NCBI RefSeq assembly: GCF_001194135.2
Contig: NC_068987.1
Location: 72,403,031 to 72,452,292, forward strand
Reading direction: 5' to 3'
DNA: 49,262 nucleotides
From: Octopus bimaculoides
Lineage: Eukaryota
Below are positions 48,166-49,262 of this stretch, piece after piece. The notes below the pieces were generated by a model. That model worked only from the letters and a program-made list of their open reading frames with translations, was not told where the DNA came from and did not search any database. Position 1 is the first letter of the stretch. Each line of letters opens with the position of its first letter. The translations under genes and the position numbers were made by a program.

Positions 48166-49039
48166 CATACATACAAAAAAAAATCTACTTATAAGGATTT
48201 TGTCACCCTGATACTTGCCGAAGGTGCCACGCAATGGAATTGAACCTGGAACTGTGCAATTGGGAAGCAAACGTCTTAAAGACACAGCCCTGCATGCATT
48301 ATCTGAGAAGCAAAATGACAGCATGATTTGAAGACAGTATGTTACTAAAATAATGTGTCAACAAGATCAGATTTAGTATTCTATAGTTTCAATACTGAAG
48401 AGTTGAAAAATGTTTTATTTTTCCTATTTTTTCTGCTGGTTTGGGGGATATCATTAGATCTTGTAATAATGATTTCTAACATAGAAACAGGTCACAAATT
48501 TGAAGATAAGTATAAATGATAAAGCAACTTCAATATTTGACTGATACCTATTTTATCAAACCTGGAAGGAAGAAAAGCAGAGTAGATCATGACATAATTT
48601 AAATTCAGGAAGAAGAGATGCAACTAAATACTACAAAAGCATTTTGTCTACCATTCTGCCATTTTTGCCATCCACCATCCTTTTCCTCTTAACACTAACA
48701 CCACCCAAGCCCATAAAAAATAGAAACATTTCTTTTGTTGAGAAATGTCATCACATAAAATATTGATCCAACCATTTGCCTGGTTTTAAAAAATGTCTAT
48801 TTTATCAGTTCCTGCCATTTTATCTCAATGTTGATAGCAATGAAGGAATTAAGGAATCAATAACAAATACAGAACGCTTCAACTGCTTCAAGTCGAAAGA
48901 GATTAGAGGTCAATATACCACCAAAAGACTAGTGACTATACACCAAAAGACTTGGTGCAACTGATTGCTATCAAAGTGAAATCTCGTCTAAATGGTATGA
49001 GGTTGAAATATACCAAGCAGTCAAGCAGACAGATATACT

Positions 49040-49262
49040 CTTTATTCTTTATTTGTTTCAGTCATTTGACTGTGGCCATGCTGGAGCACCGCCTTCAGTC
49101 GAGCAAATCGACCCCAGGACTTATTCTTTGTAAGCCTAGTACTTATTCTATCGGTCCCTTTTGTCAAACCGCAAAGTTACGGGGACGTAAACACACCAGC
49201 ATCGGTTGTCAAGCGATGGTGGGGGGACAAACACAGACACACAAACACACACACACATATAT
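49040..49262 (-). mobile_element. SINE B tail, young-looking (CpG-rich); the head is beyond the window edge
   Basis: TTTCAGTCATTTGACTGTGGCCATGCTGGAGCACCGCC...GTCGAGCAAATCGACCCCAGGACTTATTC...GTTACGGGGACGTAAACACACCAGCATCGGTTGTCAAGCG. Confidence 0.9.

Overview
AT-rich, repeat-dominated eukaryotic non-coding DNA with eight assembly gaps. The SINE families and the (TG)n/(TA)n density suggest an Octopus genome; this is an inference from my recognition of the repeats, not from a search. No intact protein-coding gene, rRNA, true tRNA or CRISPR array is supportable. Almost all supplied ORFs are microsatellite, gap or repeat artefacts. Decayed mobile elements: a Penelope-like GIY-YIG fragment between long inverted repeats (94-915), a near full-length mariner transposase pseudogene (21275-22323), an internally deleted Tc1-like element with DD36E spacing (47442-48129), an internally deleted RTE LINE (37120-38516), a CR1/L2-like 3' fragment, hAT-, mariner- and piggyBac-type MITEs, and more than 30 tRNA-derived SINE copies with a modular head + microsatellite + alternative tail design. 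The most notable signal is a dispersed set of type I minimal hammerhead-ribozyme motifs; three of these loci share a stem III of the form GAAAC(T/C)C(T/A)GAGTH. The best-formed copy is at 47038-47100 on the minus strand. A few short candidate exons of an unidentified host gene are flagged at low confidence. SINE boundaries are approximate, to within tens of bases.
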